A DNA stretch of 64,000 nucleotides, from NCBI GenBank assembly GCA_008632985.1, contig QPGO01000193.1, positions 62,001 to 126,000 on the forward strand, in the 5' to 3' direction. A model generated the notes under the pieces. That model ran no database searches, was not told the DNA's origin, and was given only the letters and a program-made list of their open reading frames with translations. This document shows, piece after piece, positions 1-11,009 of this stretch (the first letter of the stretch is position 1; each line of letters starts with the position of its first letter). Origin of the DNA: Psammoneis japonica. Its lineage: Eukaryota. The translations under genes and the position numbers were made by a program.

Positions 1-739
1 AACGAAAATTTCGACATTTCACACAACTCCCAGCAGTTGCAGCCAGCTGGCTGGAACAATTTGACTGAATGTTTTTTCAATGTTCATCCGCTGCATTCGA
101 ATTCATGGATTTTTGCTGTGTGTGTGGCAAAAAAAAAAAAGCCGCTGACCATGGTGAGTTCGCAGTTGCGTCGTCGTCCATGTTTGTGTGGGAGGTTGCA
201 TCGGTGCATGAGTGTCTCTGTGTTTTCCCTGTCAGAAGGCATCTACAGTGCTGTGGTGCAACTTCCCCCAAATTTGATTTGATGGGTCATTTCAACATTG
301 CTGCTCATTCATTTGGCATGTTTTTGCTGGTGTTTTCTGCTGCCACCAACAGAGTGCAAAGAACGATGAGGCACAGCCATCAGAAAGAGACAGCAGTCAG
401 CCAGGAGCACCAAGTTGTAAAACCACAGACAGAAAAATTGCCCAACCCTTCCACCTGCCTCTCATGAGCTTCGTCAAAAGAGCGCTTCTCTTCCACCCAG
501 CTGCTGCTTTGGTGGTGCCTGCTCCAGCTCCAGGGGGAACAAAATCATCCCTCAATGTCCTTTTTCAACGTCGACAATTGCAAACAAAATGAGATGCACC
601 CACATGCAAAATGCAGCACATTTCATGTGACTGCATGCCGTTTCTTTTGAAAATTTGCACCCCAAAAGTGGAGAGTTTGAGCGAGACAAACAACGCTCTC
701 TTGCCAAATGCTCAAAAGCATTCCACCTGCAGCTGGAAC

Positions 740-1150
740 AGGCCTGGCACCTGGCACCTCACCAGCCTTGAGCAAGGATCTTCAGGTCCCTTGTTGTTTG
801 AGAATGACAAGGCAGCAATCTTGTCTGATGATGTTGTACAACCCTTGGCACTGCTGGCCTGGCTTGTGCCACGATCAACCTTGAATGAGGTGCAAATGAC
901 CAAGTGCACCACCCCAAGCTTGTCAAAGCATCCAGCACTTGATCCACAAGTTTCAAGATTGAAGCAATGAAGGCAGCTGATGAAAGTCTTGTTCTGCTCA
1001 CACCCAACCCACCCAACACACAAAATTTTCTTTTCTTTCAAAGCAAGGAGCATTTTGCTCCATCCCTGTGGTGAGTTGGATGTTGGCCTGGCGAGCACTT
1101 TCTGCTCCACTTTTTTAGCACAACCATTGAATCTGATGTTTCATCAAGAT
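740..1150 (-). pseudogene. Fragment of SF2 helicase (HA-helicase family), motifs I-Ia region
   Basis: Frames give 'PQGWSKMLLALK', 'ILKLVDQVLDAL' and 'CTTSSDKIAA', matching 'PPGWGKTPLALK', 'PTLKLVDQVLD' and 'CTTSSDEIAA' of the copies at 11-13.7 kb and 23.7-26.4 kb; frameshifted. Confidence 0.75.
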
Positions 1151-1282
1151 GGCTGTTTGCCATTGACAGCTGACTTGGCTTTTTCTTGAAAAGCACTTGC
1201 GCTGCTGTTCCTGGTGTGTTGTCACTGATGGTTGTTCTGCCCCTCACATTTGCTTGATTTCTTTTTGACAACATTCCCATGG

Positions 1283-4200
1283 AGCAGGTTCTGAGCCAGT
1301 GCATGGGACAAGCACTTGAAATGTGTCTTCACTGCACTGCTGACATGTTGCTGCACCTTGGAAATGAGTGCGCAGGCATCACAAAAACAATGGTTGGGAA
1401 GCAGCCACTTGTGCAAGCAACCCCAAGCACCATCCACTCTGTTTCAAACAATTGTGGGACAGCACCCACTGGAAGCACCAACAACAAGTGAGTGCATGGC
1501 CAAGTGCAACAACTCATCAAAAATGGAATTGCTTTTCAATGCACTGCCACTTGACTGCACATTTTGACAACCTTTTCACAAGAGTCGGGGCAAAAATGTG
1601 GGACACAAACAGTCTGTTCTCCATGTTGTTGTAGAGACTTCAGTTCTTGATCAGTTGAAGAAATGCAAGATCTGCAACAAAGACAGCCCACTCAGCCAGA
1701 GCATCAAAACATGGTCTCAGGAGATTCTGAAACCAGACTTTCCTGGTGCAAAAGAAACTGCAATGCCATCGGCAAAAGTGGCAGACCATGTCAGCCAAGA
1801 AGTGCTCAATTTGCCAGAACATGCAATCAAATTGGAGAGTGTCAGACAACTCATTTCATGCAAAGAACCTCACATTTCAAAAATGGCTTGGTGGGGATGA
1901 TGTGGGGAGCACCATTGCCAAAGCAATTGACATCTCGCAGATGATGCAGCAATGGCTTGTAGAGCCACTTGTTCACTTTCATTTGACAAGGGCCCTCTTG
2001 GCCAGTGATTGCTGCTGCAGCATTGTTGATTTTGCATGTGTTTCATCATCATTGGCTCTCCCCCCCCCCCAACTTGCAATTTTGGAATTGTCCTTTCCAT
2101 GAGCAAGGGTCTGCTGTTGAGCCAAAATGCAGCACAACAGAAGCAACTCATTTGCATGAGATGTTGACAAGTCCAGCTGAAGTGGCAGATGACCATCTTT
2201 GATTCCAAGGTCAATGTCCAGCAACTTTCTTTTCTTGTTGTCATCTTTTCCACCATTGGCACTTGGTGGTTGCCTCCTCCCCATGAGGCGCCCCCTTCTT
2301 TAGAAGCCAAATGTGCACCTTGGTGATGCCAACCGTCAAATTCTGCACTCCAACTTGCTCTGCAACTTGTTGGATTGTCCGGGAGATCTGGTGATCCTTG
2401 TGGCTGCTTTGCAATGTCCACTGGGGAAAATTGATGTGTTGAACACTTTGAGAGAAATTTCTTGCAGATGGGGATCCATCTGATTGCTCTCAACCCAAGA
2501 TGGGTGAAGAAGGAATGGATCTTTCATTGACCCCACAAGAAGCAAACAAGAAGAATGCAGCATTGCAGGATGAGCTGAAACGATGCTGTTCCAAAGACTG
2601 CAGCTTTGCTTCTGATGACTTGGGATGTGCACACTGCTCCAGAAGAACTCGACAAGGAGCTGGCATGCATGAAAGGTCAACCGGAGTGCAAAAGATGGGA
2701 AGAAATCATGGCAGCACACCCAAAACCAATCAAAGGGAGTTTGAATGAACAAGGCATCAAAAGTTCACTGACTTGCACTGGGAAGACAAGCAATGCAAGC
2801 AATGGATCCAAAATGGCCAGAGTTGCAAGACGCGTTCCAGCCCCAGGTGGGACTCCGTGTGACATTGGGCCCGTAGAATTCTACGTGCGAGCTCCGTAGT
2901 ACGAGAATTTAATTAATGGATATATTTATCTTCAACATCAAATAAACGGCCAAGTTTGTGGTACAATTATGCCTCTTGCCACTCGACGTTTTTGCAAATA
3001 CGCCTGCCCTACGCGATTCTTAAGACATTATAGAATCGCGCTGTAACAAAAAATGTCAAAAGTTATTGGACGGATCGCTCAATAAGTGTACCGTAAAATG
3101 ACACAAAATATCGAAAAAATCACGTAGAAATCTACGTGCGCGACATACGACGTGATTCAAAAAACTATCGATGTCACAGTTCAGTAGTACGAGGTCCCAC
3201 CTAGACCTGGAACGCGTCGCAAATGGAAGAGTGCAAGGTGCTAAATCAACAGTCTGAGAGGGCCACAAAAAAAAGCAAAGACTTTGAAGCAAAACTGAAA
3301 GCCAAGGTCAATCAAGATGTCTTCTTTCAGTTGGCCAACATGTCCATTCCCAGTTCATGTGCAAGTGTCCAATTGAGTGCAAGCAGCAACATGTTGTTCC
3401 GTCTGCGGCTGTGCTGCCCTCCCCTCTGTCTGGGGATGCTTCCTCTGCACACTCCGCATGATCATCTGATGCATCTGCTTGGCATGGGCTGACAGGATTC
3501 ACTCAATCCCAACCCCCTGGCCACCAGTTTTTCTAAAACAGCAGTGCATTGACTCATTCTGGCAGTGCACTTTAGATGTTGAAATGCTGCATGCTGTCCA
3601 TCCAACGACTGTTCACAATTCTTCAATGACTTGTTCAGGGAATGCTTGGGGCTTTTGGATGGTTTCCTGTGACTCTTCTTGAAAGCATCAATGCATTTCC
3701 TCTCAATGGCAGACAAAAATGTAAACCATCCTTGCCCACAATTGATGGATGAAAGTGAAAATCATCATTGCCTCTTGTTTCATGCCCAGCAACAGCCTTG
3801 AACACTTGCACTCTTGCAGGCTTTGTGTTGTCCCCTGAATGCATGACCAACAGCAACTCCAGGTTGATTGCACTTCATTGTCTGCCATCTGTCTTGGAAG
3901 GTTCAATTGTTCCGTTCAATGCCAAGCACACAACATGCACACATGTTTCATCATCAAGTCAGTTTTGACAGTGTGTTGCATCAGCAATGATTCCTGCTTT
4001 CTTCAACAGTGCATGAATCAAATCAATTGCAGTTCTGTGTTCTGTCCACCTGTTGGCTGAGAGAAGCTGAATTCTTCATCCCCATCAGAGATGCAAAGTG
4101 TCTTGAGATGTTTTTGCCTTTTTTTCATCTTCTGTCAAAACTGGTGCTGGGGAAAAAAGTGGTGTGGCCTTCAGATTGAAACTTGAGCCACCACAGTTGG

Positions 4201-4929
4201 TGGGGGTGCTCATTTGTTCCACAGACTCTGATGCCAGAGTTCTGCGGCAACACTTTCTGCCCTTGCCTCTAAAAAAACCTTTGACAATTCTGACAAGCTG
4301 GCTCATGTCAGTCTTTTGTCAGATGCATTGCCACGTGGCTCTGCCTGTTGTTCTCTGGTGGCATCATTGTCTGTTGTGACTGGTGATTGTTCTGCAACCG
4401 GCTGCGGCATGGGCAAAGCTGGTTGCAGCAATTTTGAAGTTCCAACAGCTGCTCATGCATGCATTTCATGAATGGAAGCCTTTTGCTCATTCAACACGCA
4501 AATGCTTTGTTCATGTGTGCTTTTCTCCCATTGTGGGAATTTGTCCTGGCAGCTCTTCTTGATCTTCTGCTTGGCGGCATCCATTTTGAAAACAGTTTGG
4601 ACATTCCAAAAAATGTTTTGCCAACTGGCATCACAACCGAGCATGTGATGTGGCATCTTGCATCCACTGCATTCCAAACCAAGCACTTGAATGATTGAAA
4701 GGTTGATTTTGGGATCAACAAGATTGGCCTGCCTCTCCAGGGTCATGCTGTGCTTTGGAGCCACATTTTTGCATGCTTCCATGAGTGTCTCCATTCAACC
4801 TTGGTGCAACTGATGAACCTGACATGTTTCATGAAATCCAAAACATGAGCGTGCACTCAAATGCTGTTGGATCACATGTGCAAGGTTTGGCAGTCATTGT
4901 TGCAATGGGCGCAGCACTGCAAGATGATG
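1283..4929. repeat. Dispersed repeat block, copy 1 (unclassified)
   Basis: Collinear and highly similar to 13816-16608, from AGCAGGTTCTGAGCCAGTG to CAAGATGATG; this copy additionally has the MITE and ~540 bp (about 3946-4484) absent from copy 2. Confidence 0.9.
2829..3218. mobile_element. 390-bp MITE-like non-autonomous DNA transposon, 25-bp imperfect TIRs, 4-bp TSD (GCAA)
   Basis: Left end GACGCGTTCCAGCCCCAGGTGGGAC; right end reverse complement GACGCGTTCCAGGTCTAGGTGGGAC (22/25); GCAA at 2825-2828 and 3219-3222; the paralogous empty site at ~15421 reads AGAGTTGCAAATGGAAGA with a single GCAA. Confidence 0.92.
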
Positions 4930-6161
4930 CGTTGGTGGCACTCATCATGCATCATGGGGGTGCGCAAGTTTTGTGGTGGTTTGGTGGTTTGCAAAAGTCA
5001 GTTTTCAACAGGTCTCGCACAAAGGCCAGACAAACCACACTGAGCAGGGTTGCTTCTCAGATGAACTGATGGTGTTTGACCCAAGAAAGCCAACCCACCC
5101 ACCTCCTGCAGTGACCTTGCATTTTCAATCAAGTTTCCAGCCCTGCATTGGAGCCAACCATCACATTCTTGACAGCATGATGGATTCATTGTTGGGGCTG
5201 TTGACCATTTTGAGAAGCACTTCACAGGAGGCAGGTCTGCAGGCTGCTGGGGGACACGAACCTCTGCATGAGAAGATCCAGGTGCAAAGGCAAAGCAATG
5301 TGACAAAGACAGCTGTGTTCCAAAAAAAAATTTCTGCCATTGCTGATGTCACAGCATGTTTTTGTCTTGACAAAAAGTGTGAAAAATGGTGGAAAAGACC
5401 AGCTTTCCAAACATCCAAAAAACAGCCGTGGGCTCTTTGCACTCTGCAGAAATGGCACAACCAAATCTTTGGCACTCATGCAGATCAACTCAAAGGCAAA
5501 GATGGGCATGGTCATTTTGGTGTCAACGCCCCCCCCCCCCTTTTCACAGCAGCTAATTTTGTGGCATCCTTGAGCAGCAAGCAAAGGAAAAGTGGTGCAA
5601 TCTTCAGAAGAAACACATCTCATTCTCTTGCAACATGTGAAGCATCATTTGACCATTGTTGTCAACACCCCACCGTCTCTGCCATGAGTCAACATGTTGA
5701 CAGCACTGCTGCGCACACTTTGCAGGCTCATGATGGAGAGATCTCACTGCTGTTTGGGAGCTGATGTCAAGACTGGCTTTTCGTGGACTTTGTCAGCCAT
5801 CACACAATCACACAATGTCATGTCAATTGTGTTGGGTGCTGTGACACCTGAAAATTGTTGCTGCACAATGACCTCCAATGTGTTGGCATTCACAAGGGGG
5901 TGTGGGTGGCCATCAAAAAGTTGCAAATCCAGCCAGCAAAAGCCAAACAGGAGGTGCCGCCATCTGAGGTTGGCAGCACAGCTGTGAGATGTTGTGCAGA
6001 AATGCAAGTGGGAGGCAAAGTGGGCAACAAATGATGCAGAGTTGTGGCTCAACCAACCTTCCAGCCAACACATCATTTGGAGCTTCTTTGCTCTCCATGT
6101 GGAGGCAAAAAGTGCCTTTTTTGTGTGCATTGTGCTTTTGCATGCCCAGCTCATTGCATTT

Positions 6162-6168
6162 GCAACAA

Positions 6169-6203
<35 letters not shown>
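6162..6203. repeat. (CAA/CAG)n microsatellite
   Basis: GCAACAACAGCAACAGCAGCAGCAGCAGCAACAACAACAACA seen directly. Confidence 0.9.
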
Positions 6204-6206
<3 letters not shown>

Positions 6207-6931
6207 AAGACAAAAACAGTGTCGCGCTGAGCTGAGTGTGACCAACCAGCAGAGCTGAGCAAAACAAGTGCACACAACTCACAATTGCCAGAGGAGACAG
6301 AGAGAGAGAAAGCAAAGCAGAAAAAGTTTGAGGCAAAATTTCTCTGGGTTGTGTTCATTGTCCACCCTGCATCGACCCTTTCTGCGCACGCAGTTGTCCA
6401 TGTTTCCTCCTTGTTGCCAAAGGACTGAGAAAGACAATCAAATGCTGAAGACAGGAGCTCCTGCAAACAACCTGTGATGATTGCTTTGATGAGAGAGCAA
6501 ATGAATGACAAAGAATGACGCAAGTGAGAAGGCTGTAGAACAGGACTGAAAACCATGGTTGTCATCTGTCACAATGCCTGGGTCACCTCTGCGGCGGTTT
6601 CGGATTTTCAGGTGTGTCCTCGGTGTGAAAATTTCACAAGAACACTGAGTCAAACGTGTGTCCTGATCAAAAACAGCATCGCTTGCAGGGCCAGCCGCCA
6701 TCAGCACACCCAGTTTTCAGCATCACAGCAAACGGCGAAGGAAAATGCAAAGAGGTGTGTTGTGTGTCGTTGACAAGCCATTTCTGCAACTCTCTCTTTC
6801 GAGCAATTACATTGTTGAGACGAGTGTCATTGTTGGGGTTTTGTTCGACTGGTGCCGTGTTTTTTAAGAAAGGTTTAGACTTCATTGCTTAAAGCTGGAG
6901 TCTCTCACCAAGTTCCTTTCATTTCTCCTGC

Positions 6932-7812
6932 ATGACAACACAGAAGGCGATTTATGTCGCCACAGGGGAGACTGTGAGGTTGTGTTTGGGCCAGATGAAG
7001 CTGTGCACTGAAACCCCGAGCATGCCCAGCCACCAACATTCTGACGTGCACTGTCTTTTGAAAGCTGATGGATCAGAAGGACTCGATGATGCCTTCCCAG
7101 CTTCCATGGATTGTTTGCACAAAGAGTGCAATGCAACTTTGGATCTTGATGCTTCTGCTGATCGGTCAAACAACCTTGGTAAAATCTCTGAGGTGACCAT
7201 CAACAGCTCCTTGTTCGGAAAGAGTCTTGGTGATGCCTGTGGGTTGGAGAACGAAGAGGATGGTGCGCAAGTCACAGTGGCACCAAACAAGATGGTCAAC
7301 GAATGCGTGAAGCCACCCACGATGAACGCCACGGTGGCGATTAAAACTGCAGAGCCCACAACGAATCATGATGATCAATCCATCCCTGTGGCAAACCTTG
7401 TTCCTGTCCAACCAAGGCCGGTCACTCCTGACAAATCGCCCAGCAACAAGTGTCAGGCATCCAAAGCAACTCCACCCTCTGAAAAGCACAGTGGAGGACA
7501 CCTTTGCGGCAGGTGCCAAGTGAAAAAGAAAGGACACGACTGCCCGCACAAGCACAAAAAAAAACTCCAAGGAAGTGCAACCGCAAGCGCAAGAAGTCAA
7601 ATCCAACCAAGGATTGCCCAGTGAGGGGGGCTTGCTGGTGTCACGAGTGTGACACCCCAAAGAAAAACCACATTTGCATGCAACTCCGCCAAGGTGCTAG
7701 CCTCGAAAGCCAGATGCCCATTGTCGCACGAGCTTCTAAAGGTCAAAAGGCGATGGTGGCTTTTGGAAGCAGTCACATGCGACGTTTGCCACTCTCATGG
7801 TCTTGTGGTTGA
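6932..7812 (+). pseudogene. Degenerate gene with two CxxC-x-(K/P)K(K)-xHxC zinc-knuckle-like motifs
   Basis: 'GGHLCGRCQVKKKGHDCPHK' in the 6932-7624 frame and 'GACWCHECDTPKKNHIC' in the 7504-7812 frame; a frameshift separates them; lies in TA-depleted DNA. Confidence 0.5.
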
Positions 7813-8061
7813 CAGCACCCCGCTCATCGTTTTGTTTCGAAGATGACAGGATGTGCTGTCCAACAAAAATGAGAGAGGAAGACACATGCATGTGTTTTTG
7901 TTAAAGAATGCAATTGTCAATTTCTCCGTCACGGGCGTCAGGAAGATGAGGGACAAGGAGATTTCTCTGACGCCATGGCAGATCTGCCACGGCACAACAA
8001 GCAATCAAGAACACTGCCAATCCTGAGTTGAAGGCAGAAGTCTCTGAGCAATTCAACTGCA

Positions 8062-8304
8062 TCTCGATGCGCTCTCTCATCAGGCGAAAGCAACGCAAAT
8101 GCGAGAAGTTGGAAGACCACTTTGTTGTGCATGCTTGCAAATGCACGGTCATCGAATCGAAAGAAAAGACCTGCACTTTCCAAGGCAAGGCACACTCCTT
8201 TCGAATCCTCTGTGTGGCAGTGCATTCTCAAGCATGCACAACAAAGAGGTCTTTCAACTTCTCGCATTTGCGTCTCTTTCGCCTGCCGAGAGAGCGCATC
8301 GAGA
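8062..8304 (+). repeat. Long inverted repeat / hairpin (85-bp arms, 73-nt loop)
   Basis: 8062-8146 is the reverse complement of 8220-8304 with about 8 mismatches. Confidence 0.9.
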
Positions 8305-8898
8305 GGCGGCTGGGTTGCTTCAGTGCAAGAACGCCGCCACGCCGTGAAAAGAACAAGCTGCTCCACTGTTGTCATGTTGATTCTTTTGCATTAATGACAA
8401 ATGGACAAGCTTTCATTGGCAAACAGTGGCATCTTTGCTGCCGCTTTGATTGCTTTGTTTCGTGCTGACATTGTCGATTCAGTCGTGGGTGTGAGTCGTG
8501 CATGCCTCCACGTGCCGTTCGCTCCATGCCCATTGGCAGATGCGCACACAGTAAGCAGCAAAATTGGTCAGCTATGTCACAGGCACTCACTTGTGCACGT
8601 CTGATGACCGTGAATGAGAGCATACAAAGGATTCAATTCATTGATGTAGCTCTGGTTGCGTCACTTCGCTTCGACTTTAAGTTTCATTCAGTCGTGGATC
8701 AATCCGTCCATCCGCCACGTGCCAGTCGTGCGGCGAAGAAGAAGGAGTGGATCATGGGCATGACGCCTCACAGTGATTCACTTGTGCACGTCGGACGACC
8801 TTGATTGCACTCCTGATGATGTTTGGATTTCCACTGGTGGTGTTTGAAAGCCACATCTTAAAAAATTTGTGTCGTGACACGACGGGAGACAAAAAATC

Positions 8899-9641
8899 AT
8901 GACGCCTTCACGGAGTGTCGCACTCTTCCTGTTTATCACTCTCGTCTTGATACGGTTCTGTACAGCGCAAGAGGAAAGCAAGAGCAACTACACAATACTA
9001 TCCATTGTTGCGGCGAATGCACCTGTTGACTGGGAGACGGTTGAGTCGTTCTCACAATCCAAAAGCTTTTCTTGGAATGTTCGTGAAATCGAGCTAGAGG
9101 GGTTTGGTGAAACTATGAAAGCAGAGGGTTTTCAGGCTGCGCTCGATCAAAGCGATGTCACTCTAAGAGATGCAACGCTGGAAATACGACCCGACCTGCT
9201 ACTCGTTGCCTCCAAGGGTGTTGGCATCCTGACTCATCTCGCCATCAAGGGCCAATGGCGTGGACCGGCCGTACTTCTTTCTCCAATCCCGAACGCTTGC
9301 AATCATGTTGACGGCGGATCGTGGGAAAAAGAATGGCAGTCGACACAATGCAAATACTCACGTCAAATAACATTGGTCCAATCGCGATTGGAGTAGGTTC
9401 CAGTTCCGATGAGCAAGACCTTATTGTCAAGGGAATTGAAGAGACAACCGTATGTGGCAAGCTACACCGAGACCGTCCAGTCTTTGAAACCTGCCCATCC
9501 TATTTCGTTTTATCCTTTGACGGCAATCATGGATGGAAGAATCAACCGGAAAACGCTCAAAACATTGCCTTGCTGCTTGATCTTGCCTTGACAGCCTGGG
9601 AGCGATCGATAATGTTGGTCTCGGCAAAGGAAGATCTTTAA
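8899..9641 (+). CDS. Secreted alpha/beta-hydrolase-fold-like protein, one frameshift near 9345
   Basis: N-terminal signal peptide; 'PDLLLVASKGVG' nucleophile-elbow-like segment and 'WRGPAVLLSP'; continues in the 9321-9641 frame to 'FDGNHGW'; normal TA content. Confidence 0.6.
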
Positions 9642-10013
9642 GCTAGGCACTCTCTATGTATTGTGTTTTGGGTGTGAAATAGTCACCGTGTGTGCTCGTG
9701 CTTGTGATCATTCAGGAATAGAAGCATGCCAATGATTGCTATGCTGGCTATAGTACACTGCACTCTACCTCATGTGTTCTCTCGTTGCTTTTCCGCCAAA
9801 GTACCTGCCCTATGCTTAATAGCAGTAGGATTGCTCTGAAGCAGTTCGTTGAATCGTACTTCAAGTCTCGCCAAAGCTTCCGCGGTTGCTCGGTTGGGAT
9901 GATGCTATAGTGCATCATGAACTACATGGGAGAGGTATTTGCAACAAAAGAGTATACAATTCCCCGAGTTTTAAACTCAGAGATCAAATGCTGAACGAAA
10001 CAGAACGCTCGAA

Positions 10014-10394
10014 GAGTGTCTATGGAGCGACAAGAACCGACAAGCAGTGTTGAGGAAGAACGTGATTCAAAAGTATGATTACTGCAAATTTTGCAATCAT
10101 GGTATATTGGGTCCAAGGACGACCTGTTGGCATAGAGTGAATGAATCCACTGAAATCCGACAATCATTGTATAGAAAATGGCGACTTAACGAGCCAGCAG
10201 CTATAGATAGATATTCATCTGCTCAATGCTTCTGTTGGCATCATTGGAAATAGAAAAGCCGGGGCGGGTTGACGAGACATCAGTGACAAAAGTGAATCTG
10301 TTCTGGGTGTGTCCGATGCCTGCGATGCAACAAGGGAAACAAGATTACCGTATGCAGATTCTCTGAGGTAGAGAAACAGCATCAAATTAATAAC
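10014..10394. repeat. Shared 3' flank of HA-helicase genes (homologous to 23318-23677)
   Basis: Both begin GAGTGTCTATGGA..GCGACAAGAACCGACAAG and share CAAGGGAAACAAGATTACCGT up to the stop codon. Confidence 0.8.
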
Positions 10395-10785
10395 CTATCG
10401 AATTCTCCATCGAATGCCAATCCGAACTAAGCTTTTCTTGCGATCCTAAAATTCAGTTTTCTCGGCATTCCTCGAAAAACGCTGACGACTCAACCGCATT
10501 CCAAGGTTCTTTCCATCCTCGACATGCCTCGATGGAACGTCGCACCCCCCTCGCGTTTCTTGTTGGACGAAGAGCCGAAACATTTCTTCCCACTTTTCAG
10601 AAGGAACATCCCAAGCAACGCCAGCGTTTGTGAGGCGTTCCGCAAGAGCACTGTTGAGCTTCCTGGCATTCCTCAAAACACGCTGCCTGTTTAACCATGC
10701 ACCAAGGTTCTTTCCGTCCTCTGTCTGCATTTTGGGAACGTTGCAATACCCCCCCCCTCGCGTTTTTTATATTGTACTTTGAGCC
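10395..10785 (-). pseudogene. Truncated helicase-associated (HA) domain repeat gene end
   Basis: 'EDGKNLGAWLNRQR..LNSALAERLTNAGVAW..WEEMFRLFVQ'; ends like the 23678 copy; frameshifted. Confidence 0.8.
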
Positions 10786-11009
10786 GTTGCAAAAGAGCAC
10801 TGTTGACGGTGCTCCAGTGATGAAGGAAAGTGAGCAGAGGATCTCAGAGAGATCCAATCTCACTGTCTGCATGTACTAATGTCTTTCCCACTTTTTGGAA
10901 GTTGCGCGATGGCTTTCAACCATTTCATTGCAACTGTTTTTAGGCACTGGCACCAATGCGTGCCCGCGTCCTTTGCCCGGTGGAAGATTAATGACATGCA
11001 TCAGTTGCG

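Larger units (their letters stand above)
1..8870. repeat. TpA-depleted degenerate repeat domain I (interrupted by an unmutated MITE at 2829-3218)
   Basis: About 2 TA dinucleotides in bases 1-600; strong TG/CA excess; ORFs are Cys/His-rich and almost Tyr-free; contains a block duplicated at 13816-16608. Boundaries approximate. Confidence 0.85.

Noticed and set aside
5913..6336. Poly-Q, poly-C, poly-A or poly-L proteins
   Set aside because: These are translations of one CAA/CAG microsatellite in different frames.
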